A DNA stretch of 26,177 bases from a virus (Duplodnaviria > Caudoviricetes). The position numbers and the translations under genes were made by a program. Below the pieces are notes generated by a model, which was not told the DNA's origin, ran no database searches, and saw nothing but the letters and a program-made list of their open reading frames with translations. The stretch lies in IMG/VR virus record IMGVR_UViG_3300032227_000091, positions 1-26,177 of that record; one strand, given 5' to 3'. The stretch's first letter is position 1, and each line of letters begins with the position of its first letter. Below are positions 23,595-26,177 of this stretch, one piece after another.

Positions 23595-25591
23595 GCACTT
23601 TTTGATTGTTTTTGCAACATTTGTAGCGTAGCGATACGCTCGTTGCTCTTAATATCTTCTTCTTTTAATGCTAATTCAGCAATCTTAGCTCTCTGAGCAA
23701 ACTCTCCTGAGCTGTCTTGACCACGAATATTCTGGCTTAGACCGCTAATAATCTTTGCTTGCGTCTCTTGTGGCATCAATTGAGCCGAAACCACATCTTT
23801 CTGAGCAGAAGCGTTATTTCTAGTGGCTTCAGACTGAATCTTAGTAATTTCAGCTTGTGCTGCAGCGATTTGGAGCTGTGTATTAGCCTGTTGGAGCTGT
23901 TGTTGCTCTGGGTTAGGCTGCATCATAGCGTCTAATTGCTGGATCATATCTGCTCTATTTGGTAGACTAGAACTAGCAATAATGCCTTTGAGGATCATTG
24001 GCAATACTGGAGTGTCGGGACCGAGGGTCTGGAGCAAGGCAATAAGCTGTTGTTGCTCGTATTCACGGGCAATGATACCTAGTGTAGCCATTGGAATGAA
24101 CTTAAAGTCTGCTGCAGGATAACGCTCAGGATCAAACTGCATGAATCTCCACGCTGCCTTACGAATCAGTGGCACGAGGAAGTCTTCTTGGAAGTTTGTT
24201 AGGGTACGCTTGTACTTTTTGATAATACCAGCAATTGACATTGAGAACTGAGCAGCCCCATCACGAGTAAACTGTGTTGGCTGACCAGAAGCATCGACAG
24301 TACCGGTAGCCTGTAGCAACATACGCTCAAAGTTCTGGCTAATAGCTAGATTGCCGGGATCAGTAGAACCGAACTTGAATGGGAACAGGATCTCTGCTGG
24401 GTTGCCGTTGGTAAGGATTGCTTTACCGGGCTTGACTTCAAATTTAGCGCCACGAGGTAGACGAGTAGCATCCATTGCAATCATTGGAGCCGTTGTCAAG
24501 GCGAGGCTATCTAGGTGACTACGCAACTGAGCGTCAATGCCCTTTTGCATATTGTAAGCCTTCTCGACTGTGCCACGACCCCAGAAGCGATTTGGAACTG
24601 TATCATCCTGATATGCTACGACAGGACGATCCTTCATCATGTAAGGCGTTTTCTCTGCCTTGAGTAGTAGGTCGCCATTAGCAATAACAACGATGGCTTC
24701 GACGAGGTCGCTATACTGATCCGCAGTGCTATCCTCCGGAAATAAGTCAACAACTTCTTCACCTTCTTTGTTTTCCAATTGCTCAATGTATTCACGAGGT
24801 ACTAATCCATAATATTTCAAGAGTACTACTTTGTCATCGGTATACTGGATTTCTTCTTGTGTTGGCTCTAAGTCGTCATCTTGTCCGTAGGCTTGAATAT
24901 CCACTTTACGATAGATACCCTTTTCCATTCCAGCCACAACTTGATGGATAGAGACATAAGACTCGATTGCAACTCCCATTGCGTCTTCAATGGTAGTGGC
25001 GTTAGGGTCAATTAAGAAGTTCTTAGGATTGATAGGATTTAATTTAATGCAAGTGTAATCCTTCTCCATCACTCCGTATGCGGCTGTTCCGTCTGCCATT
25101 GGCATGGTCTGAGGATACATCTCTGTTTTCTTAGAAACAGATAACTCACCGATACCGGTACCATAAATCTCAGCCATTAACTCAACTTGAGTAATAGCCT
25201 TCCTAATATTCTCTTTTTCTAGGTCTTCTTTGAGCTGTCGCTTAATTGCTTCCACATCGAAAGGTTGTTGGTCCACAAGGTCATCAGAGATGTCAAACCA
25301 TTCTCCATTTCCGAATATAGCTTCGCATATCTCTGCGTGTCTTGTTTCCACAGCTTGTTGAGTCGCTGGGGAGATAATACGGCTGCGCTCAGATTCTCTA
25401 GTACGGTCTTCTGCAGCCCACTTGCCTCTAAATATTCTTTCATATTCTTTCCATTCTACAAGATAATTATCATCACGATGATCACGCCAGCGATCACAGT
25501 GACTGACAACGAACTCAACAATCTCTTTGTCTGATTCGGTTGGTTGGTCAAACTCGTTTTGTGAGAGTTCTTCTTTTTGAAATTCTGCCAT
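23591..25591 (-). CDS. Portal protein
   Basis: 666 aa directly after the terminase; YGTGI, NFLIDP, FWGRG and Gln-rich C-terminal coiled-coil barrel as in P22-like portals. Confidence 0.88.
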   Translation of the reverse strand: MAEFQKEELSQNEFDQPTESDKEIVEFVVSHCDRWRDHRDDNYLVEWKEYERIFRGKWAAEDRTRESERSRIISPATQQAVETRHAEICEAIFGNGEWFDISDDLVDQQPFDVEAIKRQLKEDLEKENIRKAITQVELMAEIYGTGIGELSVSKKTEMYPQTMPMADGTAAYGVMEKDYTCIKLNPINPKNFLIDPNATTIEDAMGVAIESYVSIHQVVAGMEKGIYRKVDIQAYGQDDDLEPTQEEIQYTDDKVVLLKYYGLVPREYIEQLENKEGEEVVDLFPEDSTADQYSDLVEAIVVIANGDLLLKAEKTPYMMKDRPVVAYQDDTVPNRFWGRGTVEKAYNMQKGIDAQLRSHLDSLALTTAPMIAMDATRLPRGAKFEVKPGKAILTNGNPAEILFPFKFGSTDPGNLAISQNFERMLLQATGTVDASGQPTQFTRDGAAQFSMSIAGIIKKYKRTLTNFQEDFLVPLIRKAAWRFMQFDPERYPAADFKFIPMATLGIIAREYEQQQLIALLQTLGPDTPVLPMILKGIIASSSLPNRADMIQQLDAMMQPNPEQQQLQQANTQLQIAAAQAEITKIQSEATRNNASAQKDVVSAQLMPQETQAKIISGLSQNIRGQDSSGEFAQRAKIAELALKEEDIKSNERIATLQMLQKQSKSA

Positions 25592-25600
25592 GATTTTCCT

Positions 25601-26177
25601 TTAATAACCAGAAATAACATCTAAAGTTTGATAAGGCTCGTCTTCGTAATCCTGCTGATAGCTAGTCAAAGCCATCTGATCGATATACGCCAGTGCGTCC
25701 ACAAGGTCATCATGGACATTAGCGGTAGGGAACTGGAGTAACTGATCTACAAACTCTTTCCAGTCTTCTTCTTCGTTTAGGGTAATCCTACCGTGTTCAA
25801 ACCTACCCTGTAACGCCCAAGCTATTCGCTCGGTCTTTTTCTTGTTGCCGTGCGTCAAATCCGTGATATGGAAATAGACATTGTTCTTACGCATCAAATC
25901 GTTTAAATAAGGATGCACTGCGTTCTTTAGCGCCCCTCGCTCGATTCCTACAGCCATCGGCTGGTATTCTTGTACAAGTCGAAGTATCTTTGCTGCTGTC
26001 TCTTTAATGTCCCAACGACCATGTACAATCTTCTCAACGAACCAATCTCCAGTGTCTTCTACTTTTACAATTGCGATAGCGGATTCGTCTAAGCGTTTCT
26101 TTGTAGCGCCAGCGTTCTTCGCCACCTCTTCAAATCCTGCCAAATCGATAGCGATAATGTAGTCCCCGTACTGAGGG
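25601..26177 (-). CDS. terL: Terminase large subunit, C-terminal nuclease domain (5' end outside the window)
   Basis: The frame is open to the window edge (PQYGDYIIAIDLAG); D.SAI, VGIE, K.ERI and FP...HDDLVDAL are RNase H-fold terminase motifs. Confidence 0.92.
   Translation of the reverse strand, partial: PQYGDYIIAIDLAGFEEVAKNAGATKKRLDESAIAIVKVEDTGDWFVEKIVHGRWDIKETAAKILRLVQEYQPMAVGIERGALKNAVHPYLNDLMRKNNVYFHITDLTHGNKKKTERIAWALQGRFEHGRITLNEEEDWKEFVDQLLQFPTANVHDDLVDALAYIDQMALTSYQQDYEDEPYQTLDVISGY

Noticed and set aside
6373-25534. Remaining short nested ORFs in the late arm (for example 6373-6714, 12395-12721, 16112-16393, 21922-22191, 25265-25534)
   Set aside because: Shadow frames of structural or lysis genes; none showed a lipobox or other sign of an embedded gene.
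1-26177. Genetic code reassignment as an explanation for the truncated fibre call
   Set aside because: TAA, TAG and TGA all end well-defined genes at expected places and coding density is high under the standard code; the issue is the start codon only.

Overview
A 26 kb fragment of a tailed dsDNA phage with podovirus-like architecture; no host genes, tRNA, rRNA, CRISPR array or integrase were seen. The + strand arm (1-6248) is the end of the replication/nucleotide module: a partial 5'-3' exonuclease, a D14-like resolvase, a PAPS-reductase-family PP-loop protein, an RNase H/DnaQ-like exonuclease, a DUF3310 protein, a GT-B glycosyltransferase and a class II B12-dependent ribonucleotide reductase. 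It converges at a UUCG terminator (about 6294-6319) with the - strand late arm. That arm reads: terminase (partial), portal, HNH, zinc-ribbon protein, scaffold, major capsid, an array of tail fibre and chaperone genes, four tiny Lys/Arg-rich proteins, tail adaptor and nozzle, a collar-domain protein, three ejection-type proteins, holin and M15 endolysin. Several real small genes are missing from the supplied ORF track. The most notable observations are: (1) the first tail fibre ORF extends 198 codons upstream of the called ATG and appears to start at ATA behind tandem RNA hairpins; (2) the PAPS-reductase-like gene is flanked by 19-bp imperfect direct repeats made of RBS plus start, a likely insertion footprint; (3) CCWGG, GGCC and CGCG are nearly absent, and the only exceptions I found fall in about 330 bp of the tail fibre module; (4) two internal sigma70-type late promoters share a spacer motif; (5) one ejection protein carries the same helical motif at both termini. 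All functional calls come from motif recognition and synteny, not database searches, and motif counts are from manual reading.
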